Shown: positions 8,989 through 18,059 of the stretch, one piece after another
How the letters are laid out: every line of letters begins with the position of its first letter
Numbering within the stretch: position 1 is the stretch's first letter
Source of the DNA: a bacterium
GTDB taxonomy: Bacteria > Electryoneota > Electryoneia > Electryoneales > Electryoneaceae
Direction: 5' to 3'
Length of the DNA stretch: 64,000 nucleotides
Assembly: GCA_963669175.1 (NCBI GenBank)
Contig: OY769902.1
Location: 4,505,081 to 4,569,080 of the forward strand
Notes under the pieces: generated by a model
Seen by the model: the letters and a program-made list of their open reading frames with translations, nothing else
Told to the model about the DNA's origin: nothing
Databases searched by the model: none
Position numbers and translations under genes: made by a program

Positions 8989-10277
8989 TACAACGATTCC
9001 TTCAGTGACTCAACAACGTCCAGCGCACTGACGACTCCATCCTCATGAAACCCGTTCCCCCAGTATGCACCGCAGAACCAGGTCCGGTTCACTCCATTGA
9101 CAAGGTGCTTTTGCTGCTGGGCGGCAATGCCTTCCGAGGTGAACAGGGGATGTTCGTACCGGATAACCCTGATGATGTTGTCTGGATTGATCTCGTCGTA
9201 ACGGTTGAGGGTGACATTATAGACTTTGTTCGTATTCAACCGTTGCAGGATGTTCATATTGTAAGTCAGCGCAACGCGGCCTGACTGCTCACGGGCGATA
9301 TGGTAGTTCCAGCTAGCCCAGGCAAGCTTGCGAGTCGGGAGCAGGGTCGTGTCAGTATGCAGCACCGCGATGTTTTCCTGGTAAGGAATCGCTCCCAGCA
9401 GCTTTGTCTCTATCGGGCTGGGATCAACGAGCATTTTCAAAGCCTGGTTGCTGTGCGCAGCAATGATGACTTCATCAAAATGCTGGGGTCGCTTTCCTTC
9501 AACCGTAATTTCCACGTGGGAGGGCAAACGGCGCACCGACACTACCGGGCTGTTCAGGTAAATCCTGTCAAGGAAACCGGCTGTCATCTTGTCGACATAC
9601 TGCTTTGATCCGCCTACAATCGTCTTCCACTGGGGACGATCCTTCAGATCAAGCAGGCCGTGATTCATGAAAAAACGGATATAATTCAGAGCCGGAAATA
9701 ACAGCATATCTTCAGGTACAGTCGACCATATGGCAGCACCCATCGGGATGAGATATTGTTCGATGAATTCCCGGGAATAGCCCCCATCCTTCAAATAATC
9801 GCCAAGTGTTATGGAATCCTTGCCGGATTCCAACAAGTCACGAGCTTCCCTGTTGAAACGCATGATATCTTTGATCATGCGATAAAAGGAGGGCCTAATA
9901 AGGTTGCGGCGCTGTGCAAACATTTTATTCAGCGAACCGCCATTGTATTCCAGGCCATGCACCTCGTCCTTCACACTGAAGCTCATTTCTGTCGGTTGCA
10001 CTTTCACACCCAGTTCATTCATCAGCCTGATAAAGTTCGGATACGTTTTTTCATTATGGACTATGAAGCCTGTATCAACAGGAATGATACTGCCATTTTC
10101 CTCGACCTCGATAGTGTTTGTATGACCGCCGATATATCCATTCGCTTCGAATACTGTGATTTCATGCGTACGGTGCAGCATGTAGGCTGCTGTCAACCCG
10201 GATATGCCCGTACCGATGATTGCAATGTTTTTCTTTTCCATGTTATTGTCCATCCTCTTTGCTGACCTTTTCTTCAC
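8988..10277 (-). CDS. FAD-dependent amine-oxidase/phytoene-desaturase-like oxidoreductase (UfaD-like)
   Basis: N-terminal dinucleotide-binding motif IAIIGTGISGLTAAYML...VFEANGYIGGH. 429 aa. Confidence 0.8.
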   Translation of the reverse strand: MKKRSAKRMDNNMEKKNIAIIGTGISGLTAAYMLHRTHEITVFEANGYIGGHTNTIEVEENGSIIPVDTGFIVHNEKTYPNFIRLMNELGVKVQPTEMSFSVKDEVHGLEYNGGSLNKMFAQRRNLIRPSFYRMIKDIMRFNREARDLLESGKDSITLGDYLKDGGYSREFIEQYLIPMGAAIWSTVPEDMLLFPALNYIRFFMNHGLLDLKDRPQWKTIVGGSKQYVDKMTAGFLDRIYLNSPVVSVRRLPSHVEITVEGKRPQHFDEVIIAAHSNQALKMLVDPSPIETKLLGAIPYQENIAVLHTDTTLLPTRKLAWASWNYHIAREQSGRVALTYNMNILQRLNTNKVYNVTLNRYDEINPDNIIRVIRYEHPLFTSEGIAAQQQKHLVNGVNRTWFCGAYWGNGFHEDGVVSALDVVESLKESL

Positions 10278-10809
10278 CCCAGGTTTGCAGGACGCGCTTT
10301 ACCTGGCTGATATCGTAATGCTGCTGTTCCAGGCGATCCAGGATCCCACTGTAGGTATTCTCATCGATTCCCGGTTCCCTGGCCATAATCCAAAGGTACC
10401 TACGGTTGGGTACACCAATGACTGTGTGACTGTAATCTTCTGCCAGGTCTATCACCAGGAAGTGAAAACGCAGGGGCCAGAAGAATTGGACCCGCCACTC
10501 AGCACCGGTGCCATCTTCCGGGATAAATCCACGGGCACGGAATTCCTTCCGTCTGCCATCCGGACTTTTATTGAAGAAAGTATAGGTGATATCAACATCA
10601 CCATCTTCACGAAGATCATAATGTTCTATAGCGTTAGTTGCATGTTTTTCCGCGAAAATCGGGATAAAAGCTATCACGTACCAGTCGCCCATAAAGCGAT
10701 CAAGGTTTACTTCATCAACTGTTTCCAACTGGGGAAGCGATGAAGAACATCCGGAAAGCAGAATGGCAGATATCAAGAGTACCATGACTGTGAGCAGTGA
10801 CCTGTTCAT
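10243..10809 (-). CDS. blc: bacterial lipocalin (Blc-like) lipoprotein
   Basis: Lipoprotein signal ...LLSGCSS. Lipocalin SCR1 motif GDWYVIAFIP. 188 aa. Confidence 0.7.
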   Translation of the reverse strand: MNRSLLTVMVLLISAILLSGCSSSLPQLETVDEVNLDRFMGDWYVIAFIPIFAEKHATNAIEHYDLREDGDVDITYTFFNKSPDGRRKEFRARGFIPEDGTGAEWRVQFFWPLRFHFLVIDLAEDYSHTVIGVPNRRYLWIMAREPGIDENTYSGILDRLEQQHYDISQVKRVLQTWGEEKVSKEDGQ

Positions 10810-11579
10810 GCCTTTTTCCTCCCCATGGGCAGAAAAGAAGGGGTTTCATTCATGTACCGGCTGTATTCCGGGTTGGTTTTTTCAAGAAGCGCATCGAGCA
10901 TCTTCACCCCGGATACACGGACTAACAGGAAGTTCATGATAAGGGGACTGATCAGCGCCCACCAGGCACCGGTAGAAAGACCAATCAGACCGAATCCCCA
11001 CCAGATCAAGGCTTCTCCGAAATAGTTCGGGTGACGACTGGTTGCCCATAACCCTTTGTCCAGTACCTTACCCTTGTTGGAAGAATTTTTCTTGAATTGC
11101 ATCAATTGCCAGTCCGCAACTGCCTCAAAGAAGAATCCGACAGTAAAAAGTCCGGCCCCGATCCAGGGAAAGAACTCCAACCCGGAATGAATACCACCCT
11201 CAAAGACTGCGTACAATGGCAGCGCGACAACCCACATTACTGTGCCCTGTAAGAGAAACACCTTGAAATAGCTCCTCCACCACCAAGCCTTGCCATTCTC
11301 TTCCCGCCACTTCCGGTAACGAGCGTCTTCCGGTTTGCCGGCATTGCGAATCCCTATGTGCAGCGCCAGGCGAAGTCCCCAAACCAGGACCAGCAGTAAA
11401 ACCAGAAGACGTAAAGGTGTATGCATTCCTCCGGTCAGGTACTGAAAAATGGCAACCACTAAGAAGCCCAACCCCCAGAAAATGTCCATAATTCCGGCAT
11501 CACGTTTGATCAGGCTGATCACCCAGACCAGTGTTACGAACCCGAGAATTAATACCCCTGTATAAGCAAGTGTGTTCAT
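10806..11579 (-). CDS. DUF1295-family integral membrane protein (steroid-5alpha-reductase/ICMT-like fold)
   Basis: Multiple TM helices. YRKWREE... and ATSRHPNYFGEALIWWG motifs typical of DUF1295. 4-bp start/stop overlap with neighbours. Confidence 0.65.
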   Translation of the reverse strand: MNTLAYTGVLILGFVTLVWVISLIKRDAGIMDIFWGLGFLVVAIFQYLTGGMHTPLRLLVLLLVLVWGLRLALHIGIRNAGKPEDARYRKWREENGKAWWWRSYFKVFLLQGTVMWVVALPLYAVFEGGIHSGLEFFPWIGAGLFTVGFFFEAVADWQLMQFKKNSSNKGKVLDKGLWATSRHPNYFGEALIWWGFGLIGLSTGAWWALISPLIMNFLLVRVSGVKMLDALLEKTNPEYSRYMNETPSFLPMGRKKA

Positions 11580-12280
11580 GGTCGTACCTCTGATATAACA
11601 GAATTTTCAATGTTGCCCTTGGCGGCTTCCCGCAGGACATCCTCAAAAAGACCGGCAATCCCTTTCCGGTTCACATTCTCCAGTATAAAATCCGGTATCC
11701 ATCCGCCAGGATTCATGTACAGACGATAACTGACCTGAAACTGACCATCAGCAACTGGTCTAAAAATCCAGGTCCCAGCCCCTTCATCTATCAACACTGG
11801 GGACCGATCCTTATGCACTGGGGGCAGTTCCAATCTTGCCAACTGCTCTTCGTTCAACAACACCCAGTCGGAACGAATATGTCCATCCACGCTTGAATAA
11901 GCGGGTCGCATTTCGAATACGACATACCTGTTTTTCATCAGGGGTACTTTGTAATACTGGTATCCGTAAATATTCCCGTTTTTCATTCCAATCAGGCTGC
12001 ATTCCATGGCCTTGTTACTGGTGATGATTTCATTGTAAGAAGCCACATTCTCAACCACTTGAACGATGGATTCAGGGGTTAAATCGGTCTCACTGCTTAT
12101 TTCCAGGGCCTGCAGTTCATATCCGGGAAGAGATTTTGAACGCAGAGTAAGACCATCATCAGTAGTTGAAACCATTTCCCATCCGTTATCCGAGTGAAGT
12201 TGTGCAAGAAGATGGTTGCTTCCCAGCGCCGTTGACGATGCAAGAAGAAGAAGTACCAGTACCAGTCTACTATTCAGCAT
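11576..12280 (-). CDS. secreted START/SRPBCC-like lipid-binding domain protein
   Basis: Signal peptide. C-terminal WIFRPV...GGWIPDFILENVNRKGIAGLFEDV resembles the START-domain lipid-binding signature. Confidence 0.45.
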   Translation of the reverse strand: MLNSRLVLVLLLLASSTALGSNHLLAQLHSDNGWEMVSTTDDGLTLRSKSLPGYELQALEISSETDLTPESIVQVVENVASYNEIITSNKAMECSLIGMKNGNIYGYQYYKVPLMKNRYVVFEMRPAYSSVDGHIRSDWVLLNEEQLARLELPPVHKDRSPVLIDEGAGTWIFRPVADGQFQVSYRLYMNPGGWIPDFILENVNRKGIAGLFEDVLREAAKGNIENSVISEVRP

Positions 12281-12905
12281 GATTTGCTCCTATCATCATT
12301 TTCTGAGACAGCCAGACGATAGCAAGTACAGCAGTGCCCCAAACCGCCGCAAGGACAAGCACCGTTGTCATAGTGGGGAGATTAAAATGAAGCACACCGA
12401 ATCGGACACCAGCCATATAGGAAGGTGGACCAAAAACCGCTCCAAGGATAAACGCCAACAGGTACCTTCCTTTTAACCAATTAAGCGAATGGTTGATCAA
12501 TGCGGCAAAACCGGCCCACATGGCTGTGATCCAAAGGGGAGCCAGCCAGATTGCCCCAGGCCAGCCACTGTCATATGAAATAAATCCCAAGCTGCTCTTA
12601 ATACTGTCAACCCCTGTGCCCGCCAAGGCAACAAACACGATAAACAGACCTTCTTTACTGCCATATCCGAGAAATCGAAAATGGAAAAAAAGAAATCCCG
12701 CCATCATCAAGGGGCCCAGCCAGGGAATGGCATACTTGACACCCAGGACACATGCCCACCAGGCAGCGTTAAAACCAAGCGCGTTGGCTATTACCAGGGA
12801 TTTGTTTGCTGTTCTATATCTCATGTTCCTTTTCCGGCTTTGGTTTAAAGACAGGCAAATACCCCGGGCTCTTACACCCGGGGCAGAATCCGGCATATCA
12901 ATCAA
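12270..12905 (-). CDS. DUF2878-like small membrane protein (true start probably the internal Met near 12824)
   Basis: Four to five hydrophobic helices. Gene context (CFA/DUF1365/DUF1295 cluster). 11-bp overlap with the downstream gene. Confidence 0.4.
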   Translation of the reverse strand: MIDMPDSAPGVRARGICLSLNQSRKRNMRYRTANKSLVIANALGFNAAWWACVLGVKYAIPWLGPLMMAGFLFFHFRFLGYGSKEGLFIVFVALAGTGVDSIKSSLGFISYDSGWPGAIWLAPLWITAMWAGFAALINHSLNWLKGRYLLAFILGAVFGPPSYMAGVRFGVLHFNLPTMTTVLVLAAVWGTAVLAIVWLSQKMMIGANHAE

Positions 12906-13084
12906 TCTTCGGGTTTAAGGGGCATTTCGTCAAAATTGACACAGCCCTGGGCACGCAAATCGCCATTCACATCCACACCACGATCACAAACCCAGTAATT
13001 GCCATGTGCATCGACTACGGTTTCAATCGGACGAGCGCTGGGACGAACAATGCCACTACCCATGTTTGCCATGTGATTACCCAT
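12902..13084 (-). CDS. small hypothetical protein (about 60 aa), first gene of the sigma-54 operon
   Basis: ATG (MGNHMANMG...) preceded by AGGAGA 7 nt upstream. Lies 47 nt downstream of the predicted sigma-54 transcription start. 4-bp overlap with the next gene. Confidence 0.35.
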   Translation of the reverse strand: MGNHMANMGSGIVRPSARPIETVVDAHGNYWVCDRGVDVNGDLRAQGCVNFDEMPLKPED

Positions 13085-13141
13085 TGTGTTTCTCCTTTCC
13101 AAGTTGACTTTGACTTTTTAACCTGTCGTTGCTTCTATTAT

Positions 13142-13157
13142 GGCAAGCGGTATGCCA
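13142..13157 (-). promoter_or_regulatory. sigma-54 (-24/-12) promoter TGGCAT-N5-TTGC
   Basis: The minus strand reads TGGCATACCGCTTGCC, with exact GG/GC spacing. It is oriented toward the lipid operon, and a sigma-54 enhancer-binding protein gene lies immediately upstream. Confidence 0.55.
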
Positions 13158-13183
13158 ATTTTAGACATACCTAACAATTTAGT

Positions 13184-13226
13184 GTATACAACACACTCTA
13201 TTCTTTTATTATCAAAAGTATACAAC
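13184..13226. promoter_or_regulatory. two copies of GTATACAAC (containing the palindrome TGTATACA) 34 bp apart; candidate enhancer (UAS) sites
   Basis: Located 30-70 bp upstream of the -24 element, where EBP sites typically lie. Confidence 0.3.
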
Positions 13227-13309
13227 GAAGGAAGCGATAGACTTCGAGGTTACAACCAGGAGGAGGTGACAACTAATTTTACAGTAATATGATGTCTAAT
13301 ATTTGACAG

Positions 13310-15124
13310 TTATACATCCCCTTGACCATACTGTTCCGGCCTTGAGAGGTTAAATTTTTTCAGCAGGTAGTAAATATATTGGCGGGTTACACCAAGTGCG
13401 CGAGCGGCATGGACGATGTTCCAGCTCCACTGTTGCAGGGTGGCCTCCAGGATTTCGCGGTCGATTTTTCTACGGACAGGGAAAGGTACCGGTAGTGGCG
13501 GAGAAATCGCTGGAGACGTGGTGTACGATCGTCCGGACGGTGTGTGTTTCTGAACTTCTTCCCTGGGCAGATGTTCCGGCAGCAGCACAGGTCCCCTGCT
13601 CATTATAAACGCACGTTCGATTGCATTGCGCAGTTCACGGACATTTCCCGGCCAGTTATGCTCCTGAAGGATATGAATGGTTTCCGCTGATATTTTCTCC
13701 ACCCGTGTGCCCAATTCACGGTTGAATTGTATACGGAAGTGGTCTGCGAGCAGGGGGATATCCTCTTTGCGGTCTCGCAGGGGTGGGATATGAATTGTGA
13801 CAACATTCAGCCGGTAAAACAGGTCTTCCCTGAAATGACCTTCTTGCACCTGGGCGTAAAGATTCCGGTTGGTAGCGGCTATTACTCGCGCATCTGCGGT
13901 CAGGGTTCGGGCGTCACCCAGTTTTTCAAACTGTTTTTCCTCCAGCACACGAAGCAGGGTGACCTGTACAGCAGGTGAGATATCGCCGATTTCATCGAGG
14001 AAAATAGTCCCCCCATGTGCCCTCTGGAACCGACCTATCCGGTCATTTACTGCCCCGGTAAAAGCCCCACGGACATGGCCAAACAGTTCACTTTGCAGCA
14101 AGGTGTCTGATAGCGCTGCGCAGTTCACCGCGACAAAAGGACCATCCTTACGTTCCGAGTATTTGTGAACCAGGGAAGCGATAATTCCTTTGCCGGTGCC
14201 GCTCTCGCCCAGCAGTAGTACCGTGGTCTTTGAAGGTGCGACCTTTATGATCAGATTATTGACTTCCCGTAAGCGCACGCTTTTTCCGATCAAATCACCA
14301 AAACTTCGCTGGTCTTCCACTTCCCTCTGCAAAGCATATAGGCGGCTTATATCACGGATCACCACCAATGCTTCATAGTAGTCCAATCCTTCGACTTCCA
14401 GGGGGCGTACATTGCAAAGAAACACCCGGAAACCGACAGGAAGGTCAACTTCCAGGCTCAAATCTCGTGTCGATTTTCCCTTATGCAGACTGCTGCGCAC
14501 ATGAGTATCCAGGTCTGCAAGTTCTCCACCGATCAAGCTGGCGAATGTCTTGCCAATAGCCTGTTCACGCTTCAATCCAAGCATTTTCAGCGCAGGATCG
14601 TTGATGCGTGCGATATGACCACTACTGGCTATTGCAAAGATGCCTTCATCGGCCCCCTGGAAAATGGCATTCAAGTGAGCCCGTTGCTGGAGGATGAGGA
14701 GTTCCGCCCGTTTTCGTTCATCAATACTCTGGTGGGCGATCACCGCCCCACCCTGCGGCATGCGCAGCGGAGTCACAAACATCTCAAACCAGAATTTACC
14801 CTCTGGAATATCGAAGCAGTATTCCTGGGAAAACACCTCCCGTGTTCCCTTCAGAACCTCACGGATGCCATCCAGAGCCTTTTGTACATCTGGATCACCT
14901 GAAGCCCCGGCCGTAGCGAAATAATCAATTCCGACACCATGAACAGTGTCCGGTCCGGCACCGTTCTCCGTGGCAAAACGCCGCCATGGCTCATTCACGG
15001 CAATGATCTTCCCGTTGCAATCGATCACAGCAATCCTTGCAATCTGCGAATCCAGCACGGAACGCGCGAACGATTCATGATCAAGTGAAGATGAAAGTCC
15101 CTGGTCTTTCTTTACCTTTTTCAC
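13310..15124 (-). CDS. sigma-54-dependent transcriptional activator with N-terminal PAS domains (NtrC family EBP)
   Basis: Walker [22 protein letters not shown] sigma-54 contact motif ([13 protein letters not shown]). C-terminal Fis-type [23 protein letters not shown]. Confidence 0.85.
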   Translation of the reverse strand: MKKVKKDQGLSSSLDHESFARSVLDSQIARIAVIDCNGKIIAVNEPWRRFATENGAGPDTVHGVGIDYFATAGASGDPDVQKALDGIREVLKGTREVFSQEYCFDIPEGKFWFEMFVTPLRMPQGGAVIAHQSIDERKRAELLILQQRAHLNAIFQGADEGIFAIASSGHIARINDPALKMLGLKREQAIGKTFASLIGGELADLDTHVRSSLHKGKSTRDLSLEVDLPVGFRVFLCNVRPLEVEGLDYYEALVVIRDISRLYALQREVEDQRSFGDLIGKSVRLREVNNLIIKVAPSKTTVLLLGESGTGKGIIASLVHKYSERKDGPFVAVNCAALSDTLLQSELFGHVRGAFTGAVNDRIGRFQRAHGGTIFLDEIGDISPAVQVTLLRVLEEKQFEKLGDARTLTADARVIAATNRNLYAQVQEGHFREDLFYRLNVVTIHIPPLRDRKEDIPLLADHFRIQFNRELGTRVEKISAETIHILQEHNWPGNVRELRNAIERAFIMSRGPVLLPEHLPREEVQKHTPSGRSYTTSPAISPPLPVPFPVRRKIDREILEATLQQWSWNIVHAARALGVTRQYIYYLLKKFNLSRPEQYGQGDV

Positions 15125-15221
15125 TCTTTTACTTTCCTGAGTCTTTCTGAGGATACTACCATATTTGGGATTATCGGTTCCGGGTTAAGGACCATCTATT
15201 GTATTATCATTGGTTCTATAG

Positions 15222-15800
15222 TCGTGCTCGGAAAAATTGTCGCATCATGTCATCCCCTCCCCGAATGTTGTAGTCGGGGATCAAACGGGGATCTCGTAGT
15301 TTTGCTATTCAATGCGACATTCTTTTTACAACCCGCTATAATAGGTTTCACTGACATCTTCCTTCGATACTCCAACATAAAAAAAAACAAATCCAGAAAA
15401 CTCAGATAGAGCGATATTTCTTCTTTACGCCCGACTTTGCCTTGGTGCAAACAAGCTGTCAGTGAAATGGAATCTGAAATGATAGCCTGTTTATCTCGTA
15501 ATGGGTTTGGAATGCCCAAGCGTCAGAAAAGTCGCCGGGGCAAAACAGCGAACAAGGTATCAATCCTGGTGTAAAAACTGGTTGTACCTTGTCCAAATTT
15601 CATCCGCTTTATTGGCACTGAGTTTCAGCGATTCCGAAAGGTACACGCAATCCCCAGAGAACTCAACCTTTCACGCGTCTAGCCTATATTTTTCCTAATT
15701 CCCACAGTGATTTTTTCATCCGACTCGACTAGAATTTGCTGGCCTTTTGAGGTTTTCACCTGGGGTTCCCGCACGGATTGTATTTTGACGAGGGACAGGC
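15222..15800 (+). mobile_element. internally deleted, non-autonomous derivative (about 580 bp) of the IS481-like element
   Basis: 15340-15420 matches the orfA region of IS copy 2, including the A9 tract at 15367. 15580-15800 matches the roughly 220-bp right arm and terminal repeat ...CGCACGGATTGTATTTTGACGAGGGACA. No transposase ORF. Confidence 0.45.
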
Positions 15801-15922
15801 AAAGCGAACTGCCTCACGCTTGAACTCTGGATCGTACTTGTTGCGATTGGACATGTGAACACCTCCTCGAAAAGAAAACTACCATCTCTTCTCTGTGTCC
15901 ACAAAATCGGGGGAGGCTCAAG

Positions 15923-18034
15923 TCAGCTCTGCAAACGGAAATCAATACTGCATTTTAACAGATAAATGTTTTCACCGTCGAAAGCATAGTCGATATCAAG
16001 CGGGGTTTGTAGCAAGTCATACAATTTACATATAATGCTTTTAAGCTGAAAAATCAGTTTTCCTGTAGGCTTTGTGATACTGCTTCCTTTAGATTGTTCC
16101 CAAACCTTTGTATAATCAAGGTTATTATCCAGGATTTTTTTCATGATATGGTAATAAGGTCTAATTGTATCCGATTCATCAAGTAAAGCGTCAATAGATC
16201 GTTGCTCTATTTTTCCTGTTGACAGATTGAGATAGCGGAAATTGTCCCAGATAGATTCTTCAGCACTCCAGTTCATTTCGCTACCCCCCCCTGCCATCTG
16301 ATCTGTGTCAAGAGATAGTTCGATGCCACGGTTGTTGGTGTTTAGTTTTTCAGGACGCAAACCCGGGAATATTGAAATTGTGACCCTCTCAGAATTTCTG
16401 TCCGTACTCCTTCGTCTTTTACCTTGTATCGAGATCCTTCCAGAAAAAAATGGAAAATAGAATTTTTCAGCGCGAACTCCCACAACCTTCTGAATAATTA
16501 TCCCCATCTCTTCACTGAAATCCGTCAGTCCATGTTCAGCACGATATTGGAGCGGCGCTGGTCCAAACGTGGATATATATACTTCGATCACAGCTCTAAG
16601 CAGATTCTTCAACTGCTCTGTTTTTGTACCACTATTGGGAAGCAGGCAGTAATCATATAACCCTGAGAATTTCAATCCGATTCTGTCTTCCAGCAGGCTG
16701 GAACTTCGCACAATCAAGGGTGAATCATTCATGTTTTCAAGTGTGTATGAAAGTGCTGATACCAGCCATTGAGGAGGGTGTGCTTTGAACACTAAATCGC
16801 GAACATAAGGGTATTCGATTTGTATCCGATTAATATCCTTATATTTATGCTCTGACAATTCTTCAAGAAGATCGTTGAATTGAAGAAAATGGTATAATCC
16901 GTCTGAGGTAATGTACCACGTGGTTGGAACCTTTACAGGCACCTTGCATACTTGCTTGTTCTGCGACTTCTGCAGCATGCAAGAAGCCAGTAATGTTTTA
17001 GCAGCTTTGTTACCTATTTTGCCATGGCTACCTGGAGGAGAGATCATATGGTCAACGAGGCTGTTAAAATGCTCGAAACGAATGTACGGTTTTGAAGCCT
17101 TGATGAACTCAAGTTGGTCAGACAAGAGCAAACGAGTAACTTGCACCAGAATACCTTCAACCAGCAAATCTGGCAGGTCGTTATTATTATCTTTATGATC
17201 ATGGAAATACTTAATAACATCAATAATATCACGTACGGAACACTCTGGAAGAATTACTTTCCGGATATAAGTGCCATATTTTTCCTGCCTCATGCATTGC
17301 TGAAATCGTACAAGAATATCATCTCTGGACAAATGACTTGAAATAAGATCAAATGCTTCATGAAGCACAATATCGTGTCGTTTTATATGGTCTGCATTAT
17401 AATGATCAGTTCTTTTTGTCGATTTGGTATCATCTAAGCGACCAATCAAGTTCGCCAGTTGCTTTTCAGAAATCAGGTTCTTCTCGCAAAGGTCAACTAA
17501 TGTTTTCCGAATAAACCGCTGATGCAAATCTTGATCAAAGTCCTGCAGACTGCGAACGGTAACCTTCCAATAATCATTGCTGTGATAGGATATGGTATGC
17601 TTCAGCAGGATATCTTCAACTAAATCGTTCTTAATCAGGAAGTCCCTGATAAGATGTGTAACAGACTGAAGAAGTGTTATCTCCTCAGAAATGAAAGGGT
17701 CGGGGTGTAACTTACCTACTTCAGGCATATAAGCTACACGAACAATCCCGACCCTTTCATTTAATACTATAATCGGCTCGGACAGAATTTCAGTGGACCC
17801 GGCGTAACCATCTGAATGGTAAATAAATGCTCCCAGCTCGATCTTCACTTTACATACTTCTGGATACATCCATCCTTTTGGAACAGTTTTTATCACATGT
17901 TCCAAAAATTTTTCCAAATTGGAGTTTTCTCGCTGCAACCATGAACTGATTGCATAATAACACTCGAGCTCTCGGGATCGCTTATTTAATTGCTCGAATA
18001 GCTCCGTGTCTGTATGAGATCTTGCAGTAGCCAA
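15923..18034 (-). CDS. PEP-utilising-enzyme-like (PPDK_N / PEP-synthase nucleotide-binding) domain protein with about 400-aa unknown N-terminal region
   Basis: C-terminal half contains IVRSSSLLEDRIGLKFSGLYD (cf. VRSSAxxEDxxxxSFAG of PpsA/PPDK) and a GIIIQKVVG segment. 25 bp downstream of the GltB-like gene on the same strand. Confidence 0.45.
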   Translation of the reverse strand: MATARSHTDTELFEQLNKRSRELECYYAISSWLQRENSNLEKFLEHVIKTVPKGWMYPEVCKVKIELGAFIYHSDGYAGSTEILSEPIIVLNERVGIVRVAYMPEVGKLHPDPFISEEITLLQSVTHLIRDFLIKNDLVEDILLKHTISYHSNDYWKVTVRSLQDFDQDLHQRFIRKTLVDLCEKNLISEKQLANLIGRLDDTKSTKRTDHYNADHIKRHDIVLHEAFDLISSHLSRDDILVRFQQCMRQEKYGTYIRKVILPECSVRDIIDVIKYFHDHKDNNNDLPDLLVEGILVQVTRLLLSDQLEFIKASKPYIRFEHFNSLVDHMISPPGSHGKIGNKAAKTLLASCMLQKSQNKQVCKVPVKVPTTWYITSDGLYHFLQFNDLLEELSEHKYKDINRIQIEYPYVRDLVFKAHPPQWLVSALSYTLENMNDSPLIVRSSSLLEDRIGLKFSGLYDYCLLPNSGTKTEQLKNLLRAVIEVYISTFGPAPLQYRAEHGLTDFSEEMGIIIQKVVGVRAEKFYFPFFSGRISIQGKRRRSTDRNSERVTISIFPGLRPEKLNTNNRGIELSLDTDQMAGGGSEMNWSAEESIWDNFRYLNLSTGKIEQRSIDALLDESDTIRPYYHIMKKILDNNLDYTKVWEQSKGSSITKPTGKLIFQLKSIICKLYDLLQTPLDIDYAFDGENIYLLKCSIDFRLQS

Positions 18035-18059
18035 TAGTGTATATCCAGTGTAAGAATCT

